DNA of 64,000 bases from an uncultured Actinomycetes bacterium (GCA_963794105.1 CAWCEB010000142.1:75577-139576); one strand, 5' to 3'; counted from the stretch's first letter, positions 53,847-63,853 are shown. Translations and numbers: made by a program. The notes: a model not told the origin generated them from the sequence alone.

Positions 53847-54455
53847 ATGGAGTTCTTCGAAGAGCTGGACGCCGTGCGCGAGCGCTGGAACGTCCTGAAC
53901 CATCCGTTCTACACACGCTGGTCGGAGGGCACGCTGACGCGCGAGGAGCTCGCGTACTACAGCGGGCAGTACCGCCACGCGGTCGTGGCGCTCGCCGACG
54001 CGACGCGCGCCGCCGCCGACGCCGAGCCGGCGCTCGAGCCGCATGCCGTCGAAGAGGCCGCTCACGTGGGCCTCTGGGACGGCTTCGTCAGCGCGGTCGG
54101 CGGCGACCGCGACGCCGCCCCCGCGCCCGAGACCGAGGCCTGCGCGCGGGAATGGGCGAAGGACGGCTCGCTGCTCGAGACGCTCGTCGGCATCTACGCG
54201 ATCGAGGCCGCGCAGCCCGCGATCTCGGCCACGAAGGCGTCCGGCCTGCGCGGGCGCTACGGCATCGACGCCGAGGAGGCGACCGCCTACTTCGACCTCC
54301 ACGAGCAGCTCGACGTCGAGCACGCGGCTGCCGGCCGCGCGTTCATCGCGCAGCGCCTCGACGGCGCCGACCCCGAGACGCTGGTCGCGCGGGCCGAGGA
54401 CGTGCTCAGGGCCAACTGGGAACTGCTCGACGGCATCGAGCGCACGGCCCGCTGA
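53847..54455 (+). CDS. TenA/PqqC-like (heme-oxygenase-fold, iron-containing redox enzyme family) protein
   Basis: LNHPFYTRWSEGTLTREELAYYSGQYRHAV..YFDLHEQLDVEHA. Confidence 0.7.
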   Translation: MEFFEELDAVRERWNVLNHPFYTRWSEGTLTREELAYYSGQYRHAVVALADATRAAADAEPALEPHAVEEAAHVGLWDGFVSAVGGDRDAAPAPETEACAREWAKDGSLLETLVGIYAIEAAQPAISATKASGLRGRYGIDAEEATAYFDLHEQLDVEHAAAGRAFIAQRLDGADPETLVARAEDVLRANWELLDGIERTAR

Positions 54456-54538
54456 AACTCCCTACGATTCTCGCCGCGAAACTTTGGCCCTCGCGTAGGG
54501 TTGTTTCACCACCCCCGTTCCATCCCCCAGGAGGAGAG

Positions 54539-55255
54539 ATGAAGAAACTGGCCATCGCGGTCACGGGCGCGCTTGCGCTCGCCGGTATTGGTGCAGGCAT
54601 CAGTTCCGCAGTGAACCCGGACATCACGATCTCGGCGTCGATGTCGCCGACGAAGCACGGCACCAAGACGAAGCCGAAGGGCACGAAACTCGTCGTCAAG
54701 CTCCGCACGACGCCGAACCCCGCGGAGCCCGCGTTCGCCGCGAGCGACACGATCGTGCATCTCGGCAAGGAGCTCGTGTTCAACGGCAAGGCGCTGAAGA
54801 CGTGCGCCGCCTCGCAGGTGCAGGCGGACGACACCAAGTGCCCGGCCGGCTCGAAGGTCGGTAAGGGCGTCGCCGCGGGCACCGCGCTGGGCCTGACCGA
54901 GAACCTGACCGTGACGGCCTACAACGGCCCGGGCGGCAACAAGCTCGAGCTGCTGGTCGACGGCTCGACACCGCTGCAGATCCACTCCGTGATCGAGGGC
55001 ATTCTGTCCTCCGACTCGGCTCCGTACGCCAAGAAGCTGAGCGTCCACGTCCCGGACAACCTGCAGCAGCCGGCCCCTGGCGCGTACGCGACGCTGGTGC
55101 AGTTCGACACCACGATCAACCGGGTCCTGGGCAAGAAGAAGAAGCCGTACGTCGGCATCGCCAGCTGCAAGACCAAGAAGGTCGCCTTCGGCGTCGACTA
55201 CAAGTACACCGACGGCACGACCAAGAGCGCGACGACCACGGCCACCTGCTCCTAG
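54539..55255 (+). CDS. Secreted Lys/Thr-rich protein of unknown function
   Basis: GGAGGAGAG RBS. Signal peptide MKKLAIAVTGALALAGIGAGISSA. Four Cys residues. Intact. Confidence 0.6.
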   Translation: MKKLAIAVTGALALAGIGAGISSAVNPDITISASMSPTKHGTKTKPKGTKLVVKLRTTPNPAEPAFAASDTIVHLGKELVFNGKALKTCAASQVQADDTKCPAGSKVGKGVAAGTALGLTENLTVTAYNGPGGNKLELLVDGSTPLQIHSVIEGILSSDSAPYAKKLSVHVPDNLQQPAPGAYATLVQFDTTINRVLGKKKKPYVGIASCKTKKVAFGVDYKYTDGTTKSATTTATCS

Positions 55256-55285
55256 TAGGAAGCCGCTGACCAACGCTCCACTGCG

Positions 55286-55311
55286 ACGGGCGGGCCCTCG
55301 GGCCCGCCCGT
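55286..55311 (+). terminator. GC-rich hairpin ACGGGCGGGCCC/GGGCCCGCCCGT followed by TGTCGTT
   Basis: 12-nt complementary arms starting 31 nt after the stop at 55255, followed by a T-containing tail. Confidence 0.6.
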
Positions 55312-55330
55312 TGTCGTTAAATGCTGGGCC

Positions 55331-55894
55331 GTGTCGCTGAGCGATCCCCGATTCCGCCGCGCCGCCCTGCTCAGCTCGGGTGCGTGGGCCGTGCACGAGC
55401 TGCGCTTCACGATCGCCCCCGTCGACGGCGGCGTGGGGCCCGGGCACGCGTACCTGCACGCGGCGCTGCCGCTGCTCACGGTGCTGGTGGCCCTCGCGGC
55501 GACCGGGTTCGTCGCAAGGCTGGTCGCACCCCGCGACGAGCCGTCGCGGTCGCTTCGCCGCGACTGGCTGTCGTGCGCGATCGTGCTGCTGGTCTCGTTC
55601 GTCCTGCAGGAGGCCGGCGAGTCGGCGCTGTCCGCTCACGGGCCGATCTTCGCCGCGGGCGGCTGGCTCGGAATTCCGCTCGCTGCCGGCATCGGCCTGG
55701 CCGTCGCGCTCCTGCTCCGCGGCGCCCGCGACGCGGTCGTCGCCGGCGCGCCCCTCGTCGCGCGCCTGCGTGCCGTCCTTCCCTCGCTGCCCATCGCGGC
55801 GTTCGCACCGCCGGCCGCGCGCCGGCCGGCCGGCGCCCCGCTTCGCCATCTGGCCGCCAGGCCGCCTCCGGGTCCGCTGGTCCACCAGCAGTAG
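55331..55894 (+). CDS. Integral membrane protein, unknown function
   Basis: GTG start. It has several hydrophobic segments (LPLLTVLVALAATGFVARLV, LSCAIVLLVSFVL, WLGIPLAAGIGLAVALLL). Intact. Confidence 0.5.
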   Translation: MSLSDPRFRRAALLSSGAWAVHELRFTIAPVDGGVGPGHAYLHAALPLLTVLVALAATGFVARLVAPRDEPSRSLRRDWLSCAIVLLVSFVLQEAGESALSAHGPIFAAGGWLGIPLAAGIGLAVALLLRGARDAVVAGAPLVARLRAVLPSLPIAAFAPPAARRPAGAPLRHLAARPPPGPLVHQQ

Positions 55895-55928
55895 CCCACT
55901 CAGCCAGAACTCAGGAGGTACGAACCAG

Positions 55929-56297
55929 ATGGGACGCAACCAGCGCATCGGACTGCTCGTGGGAGCGGTCGTGGTCGTGGTGATCGCCGTGATCCTCATC
56001 GGCGGCGGCAGCAACGACTCGACCAAAACCGCGTCCGGACCGCAGACCGTCACGGTCGTCAACGGCAAGCCCGACGGCGGCGTCAAGACGATCACCTACA
56101 AGAAGGGCGACACCGTCGATCTGACGGTCAAGTCCGACACCGCGGACGAGATCCACATCCACGGCTATGACGTGCACAAGGACGTGACGAAGGGCGGCAG
56201 CGTCCACTTCGCATTCCCGGCATCCATCGACGGCAAGTTCGTCGTCGAGCTCGAGGCAAAGGGCGAGCAGATCGCGTCGTTGCAGGTCGAGCCGTGA
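55929..56297 (+). CDS. Single-pass membrane protein with small beta-sandwich (cupredoxin/EfeO-N-like, tentative) ectodomain
   Basis: AGGAGG RBS. TM helix IGLLVGAVVVVVIAVILIG. Ectodomain reads VTVVNGKPDGGVKTITYKKGDTVDLTVKSDTADEIHIHGYDVHKDV..FVVELE. Confidence 0.55.
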   Translation: MGRNQRIGLLVGAVVVVVIAVILIGGGSNDSTKTASGPQTVTVVNGKPDGGVKTITYKKGDTVDLTVKSDTADEIHIHGYDVHKDVTKGGSVHFAFPASIDGKFVVELEAKGEQIASLQVEP

Positions 56298-57709
56298 GCC
56301 GGCGCCTGCGCGCGGCGGGGGCACTTGCCCTCGCCGCGGCGCTCGCGCTGCCCGCGACCGCGAGCGCACACGGCCTCGTCGGCAAGCAGGACCTGCCGAT
56401 CCCGCGCTGGCTGTTCGCGTGGGGCGCGGCGATCGTGCTGGTGATCTCGTTCGTCGGGCTCGCCGTCCTGTGGCCCGAGCCGCGGCTCGAGGACGTCCGC
56501 GAGCGGCGCGTGCTGCGGCTGCCGGTTCAGCTCGAGGTGCTGAGCGGGCTGATCGGCGTCGCGATCCTCGGGATCGTCGTCTACGCGGGCCTCGCCGGCG
56601 TGCAGACCTCGACGGCGAACCTCACGCCGACCGTCGTCTACGTCCTGTTCTGGGTCGGTATCCCCGTGCTCAGCCTGCTGTTCGGCGACGTGTTCCGGGC
56701 GTTCAACCCATGGCTGGCGATCGGCCGCGGGACAGGCTGGCTCGTGAAGCGCGTCGGCGCGGGCGCCGATCCGCTGCCGTATCCCGAGCGCCTCGGCCGC
56801 TGGCCGGCGGCGTTCGGGATCCTCGCGTTCGCGTGGGTCGAGCTCGCGTACACGAACAAGGCCGACCCGAGCACCCTCTCGATCATGATCCTGGCCTACG
56901 CGGCCACGCAGATCGTGGGCATGAGCGTGTACGGCACGGAGGCCTGGTCGCGCTACGGCGACGCCTTCGGGGTGTACTTCGGCCTCTTCTCGCGGCTGTC
57001 GCCGCTGCACTGGGTACGCGGCGAGCTGCGGCTGCGCCCGCCGCTGGCCGGCGCACCGAAGCTCGATCCGGTGCCGGGGACGGTCCCGCTGCTGTGCACG
57101 ATGATCGGCACGACCTCGTTCGACGGGTTCTCCCAGGGGCCGCTGTGGACCGGGACCAACGGGCTCGGGATCCAGCTGCAGCATCGCTTCCTGGACCTCG
57201 GCTTCAACGCGGAGGTCGCACTCGAGATCGCGTTCACGATCGGGCTGATCGGGGTCGTGCTCTTCATCAGCGGGCTGTACCGGCTCGGGGTGATCGGGAT
57301 GCGCTCGGTGGGGGAGAACCACGAGGCGACCGAGCTGGGTCGGCGCTTCGTGCACTCGCTGATCCCCATCGCGCTGGCGTACGTGATCGCGCACTACTGC
57401 TCGCTGCTGCTGTATCAGGGGCAGGCGATCGCGTACCTGATCTCCGATCCGCTCGGGCACGGCTCGGACATCTTCGGGACGGCCGACAAGACCATCGACT
57501 ACAGCGTGATCTCGGCCAACGGGGTCTGGTACGTGCAGGTGGTCGCGCTCGTGGTCGGCCACGCCTGCGGCCTCGCGCTGGCACACGACCGCGCGCTGAG
57601 CACGTATCGCGGCGCCCGGGCTGCCACGCGCTCGCAGTACTGGATGCTCGTGGTGATGATCGCGTTCACCAGCCTCGGTCTCTGGCTCCTCAGCGCGGCG
57701 AACTCGTGA
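56294..57709 (+). CDS. Polytopic membrane protein (471 aa) with cleavable signal ending ASA-HG; unknown function
   Basis: GTGA overlap with the upstream gene. About 10-12 hydrophobic segments. Intact. Confidence 0.6.
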   Translation: MSRRLRAAGALALAAALALPATASAHGLVGKQDLPIPRWLFAWGAAIVLVISFVGLAVLWPEPRLEDVRERRVLRLPVQLEVLSGLIGVAILGIVVYAGLAGVQTSTANLTPTVVYVLFWVGIPVLSLLFGDVFRAFNPWLAIGRGTGWLVKRVGAGADPLPYPERLGRWPAAFGILAFAWVELAYTNKADPSTLSIMILAYAATQIVGMSVYGTEAWSRYGDAFGVYFGLFSRLSPLHWVRGELRLRPPLAGAPKLDPVPGTVPLLCTMIGTTSFDGFSQGPLWTGTNGLGIQLQHRFLDLGFNAEVALEIAFTIGLIGVVLFISGLYRLGVIGMRSVGENHEATELGRRFVHSLIPIALAYVIAHYCSLLLYQGQAIAYLISDPLGHGSDIFGTADKTIDYSVISANGVWYVQVVALVVGHACGLALAHDRALSTYRGARAATRSQYWMLVVMIAFTSLGLWLLSAANS

Positions 57710-57846
57710 CTCTGCCGATCGCTCACTTCGGCCACTGGTACGTGACGCTGCTCTACATGGGCCCCGTGATCGTGCTGGTCGGCGCGCTGTCGTTCCAGAG
57801 CTGGCGCGAGAAGCGACGCAAGAACGACGACGACTCGTCACACTGA
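57706..57846 (+). CDS. 46-aa membrane mini-protein, translationally coupled (GTGA overlap)
   Basis: VTLPIAHFGHWYVTLLYMGPVIVLVGALSFQSWREKRRKNDDDSSH. One TM helix plus a charged tail. Below the ORF-track size cutoff as a separate gene. Confidence 0.4.
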   Translation: MTLPIAHFGHWYVTLLYMGPVIVLVGALSFQSWREKRRKNDDDSSH

Positions 57847-57853
57847 GGGCACG

Positions 57854-59213
57854 ATGCGCAGGGGTGCGATCGCCATGCTGCTGGGCGCACTGCTCGCCGT
57901 GCCGTCGATGGCCGGCGCGGCGCAGCCTGCGATCAAGCACGTCTTCGTCGTCGTGCTGGAGAACAAGGACTACGACTCGAGCTTCGGCCCGCAGGCGAAG
58001 TCCCCGCAGCTCGGGCAGGTGCTGCCGTCGCAGGGCGTGTTGCTGACGCACTACTTCGGCACGGCGCACAACAGCCTGCCCAACTACATCGCGATGGTCT
58101 CGGGCCAGGGGCCCAACCCGATCACGCAGTCGGACTGCCAGATCTACCAGGAGTTCTTCCCGGGGACGATCGGCAGCGACGGCCAGGCGATGGGGGCGGG
58201 CTGCGTGTACCCGTCCAGCGTGAAGACCGTTGCAGACCAGCTCACGGCCGCCGGGCTGACCTGGGGCGGCTACATGGAGGACATGGGCAACACGACGACG
58301 GGCGACACGACATGCCGGCACCCGGCGCTCAACAGCCCGGACTCGACCCAGAAGGCGACCGCCACCGACCAGTACGCGGCGCGTCACAACCCGTTCGTCT
58401 ACTTCCACTCGATCATCGACAGCCCGGACTGCCACGAGCGCGACGTTCCGCTCGACCGCCTGCAGGCCGACCTGCAGTCCGTTGACACGACCCCGAACCT
58501 CACGTTCATCACGCCCGACCTGTGCTCCGACGGCCATGACGAGCCGTGCGCCGACGGGCGTCCCGGGGGCTACGGCTCGATCGATGCGTTCCTGGCCGAG
58601 TGGGTCCCGCGGATCGAGGCTTCGCCCGCCTACCAGCAGGACGGCGCGCTGATCGTGACCTTCGACGAGTCCGAGTCGGGCGCCGAGGGCTGCTGCGTCC
58701 AGGACCACCCGAACACGCCGAACGCCGGCGGGCAGACGCCCGGCCCGGGCGGCGGGCGCACGGGCACCGTCGTGGTCTCGCGGTTCGTCTCGCCGGGGAC
58801 GACCAGCGACAAGCCCTACAACCACTACTCGCTGCTGCGGACCATCGAGGACATCTTCGGCCTGTCACCGCTCGGCTACGCCGGCCGCTCGAACGCATTC
58901 GGCCCGGATGTCTTCAACGGCGCCGCCGCTGCGGCGGCGGCGGGACCGTGCCGCACGACACGGCTCACGCGCCGCGGCACACTCGCTCGCGGCACGCTCA
59001 TCGAGCGGCGTGGCCCGCTCAGGCCGAACCGTCAGCATCCGCATGGCTCACTCCGCGCACGTCCTGTTCAAGGCCGACGGGCGCCGCGTCACAACGCGCC
59101 GCGCGGGCGCCTGCCAGACCGTGGCCGTCCGCGCCCCCGCCGGCGCCCGTTCGCTGCTGATCAAGGCGACGGTCCGCGACGCCCGCGAGCTGCGCACCGT
59201 CACGCTGGGCTGA
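57854..59213 (+). pseudogene. Secreted phosphoesterase-family protein (phospholipase C / acid phosphatase AcpA type); frame break about 59000
   Basis: Signal peptide. Motifs seen: IKHVFVVVLENKDYDSSFG, SLPNYIAMVSG, ARHNPFVYF, TFDESE. The C-terminal beta-rich tail is in ORF 58908..59213. Confidence 0.8.
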
Positions 59214-59218
59214 CAGCT

Positions 59219-59257
59219 GGGCCCTCGCGCTTCGAGTTATTCGTAGTACGGGGGCCC
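59219..59257. repeat. 39-bp palindromic intergenic element, copy B
   Basis: GGGCCCTCGCGCTTCGAGTTATTCGTAGTACGGGGGCCC, 6 nt after the stop at 59213. It matches copy C at 29 of 39 positions in direct alignment. Confidence 0.7.
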
Positions 59258-59482
59258 GGACATGGCGGCGAGGACGGTGGCGGCGACGTGTGCGGGCGTT
59301 CCGTTGATCTCGGTGCTCAGCTTCGCCCGTGGTCCGCATGCCAGGACGGCCGCGAGGAACACCCCCTCCAGCGGTAGATCCGGCCGCCCCACGGCGAAGA
59401 CCGTCCGATACCTCCGATGCAGTCGGCCCACGTCGTGATGACGTTGTGCCGGGCGGCCCGCAGAATGCGTACATCCACGCTC

Positions 59483-59521
59483 GGGCCCTCGTACTTCGAA
59501 CTATTGGTAGCCACGGGGCCC
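59483..59521. repeat. 39-bp palindromic intergenic element, copy C
   Basis: GGGCCCTCGTACTTCGAACTATTGGTAGCCACGGGGCCC, 27 nt downstream of the minus-strand SCO gene stop (59549). Confidence 0.7.
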
Positions 59522-59548
59522 ACGCCCCAGACGCTCGCGGAGACCGCG

Positions 59549-60163
59549 TTACGCGTGTGTGCCGGACTGCAACAGACGGCGCAGGTCGTGCGCCAGTCCC
59601 TCCGGTGTGAGTTTGTCGAACGGGAAGCCCACGCGCTGGCGGCCCGTGCCGTCGAGCAGGACGACGTAGGCGGTGTGCTCGAGCCCACGTTCCTGTGGGC
59701 GGATGCCGAACGAGGTCCAGACCTGCTGCAACGTCGTGTCCGGGCGAAGGAGGAAGTGCATGCGCCCGGTGAGGTGGTTGCGGCTGAGGAACGCACGGGC
59801 GCTGTCGGGCGTGTCGTTGGCCGGGTCGACGCTGATCGCGTAGGCGGGGACGTCGCGGCCGAGCTGGTCCAGCGCGCCGCGCACGGTGCTGGCCGTGACC
59901 GGGCACGTGTCCTGGCAGTGCGTGTACAGGAACGTGACGATGCTCGGTCCCGCCGACGGCGCGCCGACGCGCGTGGGGCGCCCGTCCTGGTCGCTCAGCG
60001 TCCAGATGCGCGCTGGGATGTCCGGGCGGATCGCGCCGGCGAAGCCGCGCTCGGCCGGCTCGGCCTTGGGATGCACGAACAGCACGACCGCGAGCGCGGC
60101 GAGCAGCACCATGCTGGCGACGGCGAGGACGGCGAGGCGGAGGCGCGGAGCCATCGCGCACAT
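59549..60163 (-). CDS. SCO1/SenC-family thioredoxin-fold copper chaperone
   Basis: TM anchor. [14 protein letters not shown] (CxxxC). ..[12 protein letters not shown]. Confidence 0.85.
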   Translation of the reverse strand: MCAMAPRLRLAVLAVASMVLLAALAVVLFVHPKAEPAERGFAGAIRPDIPARIWTLSDQDGRPTRVGAPSAGPSIVTFLYTHCQDTCPVTASTVRGALDQLGRDVPAYAISVDPANDTPDSARAFLSRNHLTGRMHFLLRPDTTLQQVWTSFGIRPQERGLEHTAYVVLLDGTGRQRVGFPFDKLTPEGLAHDLRRLLQSGTHA

Positions 60164-60205
60164 CGTTTCAGCATCCCTTCAGGTTCGGCGGCGACCATTG
60201 CGACC

Positions 60206-60886
60206 GTGAAGGTCCTGGTGGTCGACGACGAGCCCGCGGTGCGTGACGCCGTCGGCCGCGCGCTGACGCTCGACGGCTTCGACGTGCGGACGGCGATCGA
60301 CGGGCGTGATGCGATCCGGCGGCTTGCCGACATGCGCCCCGATGCGGTGCTCCTCGACGTGCTGATGCCCGGGCTCGACGGCCTCGAGGTCTGCCGGCGG
60401 ATGCGCGACACGGGAGACCGCACGCCGGTGCTGATGCTGACCGCGCGCGACGGGGTGTCCGATCGTGTCGCCGGCCTGGAGGCCGGCGCCGACGACTACC
60501 TGTCCAAGCCGTTCGCGCTCGAGGAGCTCCTCGCCCGGCTGCGCGCGCTGCTGCGGCGCTCGGGCTGGGAGGACGACCGCCAGGTGCTGCGCTTCGACGA
60601 TCTCGAGCTCGACCCCACCGCCCACGAGGTGCGGCGCGGCGAGCGCCGGGTCGAGCTGACGCGCACCGAGTACCTGCTGCTCGAGCTGTTCCTGCACCAC
60701 CCGCGCCAGGTCCTGACGCGCTCGCAGATCTTCGAGCGCGTGTGGGGCTACGACTTCGGGCCGTCCTCGAACTCGCTCGAGGTCTACGTCGGCTATCTGC
60801 GACGCAAGACGGAGGCCGACGGCGAGCCGCGCCTGCTGCACACCATCAGGGGCGTCGGCTACGTCCTGCGTCAGGGCGCGGCATGA
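60206..60886 (+). CDS. OmpR-family response regulator
   Basis: [30 protein letters not shown], and a winged-helix C-terminus [11 protein letters not shown]. Confidence 0.9.
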   Translation: MKVLVVDDEPAVRDAVGRALTLDGFDVRTAIDGRDAIRRLADMRPDAVLLDVLMPGLDGLEVCRRMRDTGDRTPVLMLTARDGVSDRVAGLEAGADDYLSKPFALEELLARLRALLRRSGWEDDRQVLRFDDLELDPTAHEVRRGERRVELTRTEYLLLELFLHHPRQVLTRSQIFERVWGYDFGPSSNSLEVYVGYLRRKTEADGEPRLLHTIRGVGYVLRQGAA

Positions 60887-62251
60887 AGCTCACGCTGAGC
60901 CGGCGCCTGGCCGCCGGCGCGGCGGCGGCCGTCGCGTTCGCGATCGTGCTCGCGTCGGTCGTCGTCTACGTGCAGGCACGCCACCTGCTCCGCGGCCAGA
61001 TCGACGATTCGCTGCGCAGCATCGTCCCGCGCGTGCAGTTCATCTCCAGCCAGGCCGCGAAGGCCGCCAAGCAGGCGCAGGCGGAGCCGCCGCTTCCGGG
61101 TCCCGGCGTCTCGAAGACGTTCACGGTGCAGGTTCCGAAGGGCAAGTTCGGCGGCACGGCCGGCGTGGCCCAGGCGATCACCCCGAGCGGAGACGTCGTC
61201 GGCCGCCGGATCCTCTCCAAGCAGCAGCTGCTCGCAGGGGAGGTGCCGCGCTTCGCCGACCTCAAGCGCGACGGCACGCACCTGCGCGTCTTCGTCACAA
61301 AGGGGCCGATCGGGGACACGCTCGTCGTGGCGCGCCCGCTGACCGAGGTCGACGGATCGCTCAAGCGGCTGCGCATCATCCTGCTGCTCGTGAGCCTGGG
61401 CGGCATCGGGCTCGCGGGCGGGCTGGGCCTGCTCGTCGCTCGCGGGGCGATCGCGCCGATGCGGCGCCTGACCGCTGAGGCCGAGCACGTCGCGCAGACC
61501 CAGGACCTCTCGCGCCGCATGCCGTCGGGCCAGCAGGACGATGAGATCGACCGCCTCGGCACCGCGTTCAACACGATGCTCGCCGCGCTCGAGCAGTCAC
61601 GCGAGGCGCAGCGCCAGCTCGTCGCCGACGCCTCGCACGAGCTGCGCACGCCGCTGACGTCGATCCGCACGAACATCGAGCTGCTCGGCCGCGCGAAGGA
61701 CCTGCCCGAGGCCGAGCGGGCCGAGGTCGTCGCCGCGGCGAGCGCGCAGCTCGAGGAGCTGACGCTGCTCGTCGGCGACCTCATCGACCTGGCGCGCGAC
61801 GGCCGCCCCGCCGGCGACGAAATCGAGGACGTGCGACTCGACGAGCTCGTGCGCGAGAGCGCGGCGCGGGTGAACGGCGGGCGCGTGCGCGTGCGGGCCG
61901 AGCCGACGCTCGTCCGGGGCAGCAGGACGCGGCTCGCGCGCGCGGTGTCGAACCTGCTGGACAACGCCGTCAAGTACTCGCCCGACGGAGTCCGTCGTGG
62001 AGGTGACCGTGCGCGGAGGGGAGGTCGCGGTGCGCGACCACGGGCCCGGCATCGCCCTGGAGGACCTGCCGCACGTCTTCGATCGCTTCTACCGGGCGCC
62101 GTCGGCACGCGGGACGCCGGGGTCGGGCCTGGGGCTGGCGATCGTCCGCCAGGTGGCCGAGGCGCACCAGGGCAGCGCGACCGCCGAGGCGGCCGAGGGC
62201 GGTGGAGCGCGCCTGCGGCTGCGCGTGCCCGTCCTCATAAGCGATTCCTAG
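60883..62251 (+). pseudogene. Sensor histidine kinase (HAMP-HisKA-HATPase_c); frame break about 61990
   Basis: ATGA overlap with the response regulator. Two TM segments. Motifs seen: ADASHELRTPLTSI, NLLDNAVKYSP, then DHGPGI..GSGLGLAIV in ORF 61997..62251. Confidence 0.85.
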
Positions 62252-62295
62252 CTGCCCTTCAGCAACTTCTCAGTCGGCGCTGGCTGGATGGGCGC

Positions 62296-62814
62296 ATGAC
62301 CAGAACGACCACCACCGCGGCGCTCGGCGCATGTGCGGCTGCCCTCACGCTCGCTGCCTGCGGCGGCTCGGACCCCGCGTCGCCCGCGGATGCGCGAGCG
62401 AGGGCCGAGCAGGCCCAGCTCAAGTTCGCGCGCTGCATGCGCGAGCACGGCGTCAACGTCCCCGACCCCAAGCCCGACGCCCGCGGGCCGGGGCTCGTGC
62501 GCGTCGGCGAAGGCGTCTCGCCACAGGTGATGCGCCGCGCCGACGAGGCGTGTCGCAAGTACATGGAGGCGGCGGCGCCGAAGCTGTCCGCGGCCCAGCA
62601 GGCCGAGCTGCGCGACCAGGCGTTCAAGTTCGCCCGCTGCATGCGCCAGCACGGCGTCGACATGCCCGACCCGCAGGTCAACGGCGGCGCGGTTCGCATC
62701 CAGATCCGCGGCGCGCGCAAGAGCTCCATCAACCCGGAGTCCCCCTCGTTCAGGGCGGCGCAGGAGGCCTGCAAGGCCTTCCAGCCGAAGCTGCGCGCGG
62801 AGCAGTCGAAGTGA
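62296..62814 (+). CDS. Lipoprotein with an internally duplicated Cys-containing module
   Basis: Lipobox LTLAAC. KFARCMREHGVNVPDP..EACRKY is followed by KFARCMRQHGVDMPDP..EACKAF. Confidence 0.65.
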   Translation: MTRTTTTAALGACAAALTLAACGGSDPASPADARARAEQAQLKFARCMREHGVNVPDPKPDARGPGLVRVGEGVSPQVMRRADEACRKYMEAAAPKLSAAQQAELRDQAFKFARCMRQHGVDMPDPQVNGGAVRIQIRGARKSSINPESPSFRAAQEACKAFQPKLRAEQSK

Positions 62815-63848
62815 GGTGGGGCCGGATCGCCGCGGGGGCGGCGCTCGCTGCCGGAGCCGCCGGCGTCGCGATCGCGCTCGGCGGCTCCGACGGGGACCGC
62901 ACCGCTCGCGGCGCGTCGCGCTCGACGGCTCATACGGCGACGGTCCGGCGGCGCAACCTCGTCGACACGCAGCGTGTCGATGGCACGCTTGGCTACAGCG
63001 GCGAGCGCCAGACCGCGAACGCGCTCGCGGGGACCTACACCTGGCTGCCGCACGTCGGCCAGGTCATCGGGCCGGGCGAGACGCTGTGGCGCGTGGACAC
63101 GAGGCCGGTCGTGCTGATGGACGGCGCGCTGCCCGCGTACCGCGCGATGCACCGCGGCGACGAGGGCACAGATGTCCTGCAGCTGGAGCGCGGCCTGTCG
63201 GCTGCCGGCTACGGCCCTGGAGCGATCGACGGCACGTTCGACGCGAGCACCGCCGCGGCGGTGCGTGCCTGGCAGGACGATCGCGGCCTCGTCATGACCG
63301 GCGCCGTCGAACTCGGGCGCGTGGTGTTCCTCCTCGGCAGCCGCCGCGTGACCCAGCGCGCCGCCCAGATCGGCGGGCGCGCGACCCCGCGGGCCCGCGC
63401 TCACCACGACTTCGACGCACCGCGTCGTGACGATCCACCTCGCTGCGGCCGACCAGCGCAGTGCAGGGTTGGTGCGCGGGCACCGGTCGAGCTCCCCGAC
63501 GGCACGACGGTGCGCGGGCGCGTCACGAGCGTGGGCCGGGTCGCGACGGCGAGCAGCGACCAGGGCGGCGGGGACGGCGGCGACCCGACGATCACGGTGA
63601 CCATCCGGCTCAGGTCGACAAAGGGGCTGGGCCGTCTCGATGCTGCGCCGGTCTCGGTGGAGCTCGCGCGCTCGCGCCGCCACCATGTGCTGGCGGTGCC
63701 GGTGACCGCGCTGATCGCGACGAAGGACGGCGGCTATGCGGTCGACACCGGATCGCACCTCATCGCGGTGATGCCCGGGCTGTTCGCGGGCGGCTATGTC
63801 GAGGTGTCGGGCGTCCGCGCCGGGACGAAGGTCACGGTGCCGAATTGA
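62811..63848 (+). pseudogene. Periplasmic adaptor (MacA/HlyD-like) with peptidoglycan-binding domain; compensating indel pair about 63380-63480
   Basis: GTGA overlap. The PG_binding_1-like part is DVLQLERGLSAAGYGPGAIDGTFDASTAAAVRAWQDDRGL. The C-terminal beta-barrel ends ..GGYVEVSGVRAGTKV. Confidence 0.75.
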
Positions 63849-63853
63849 CCGTC

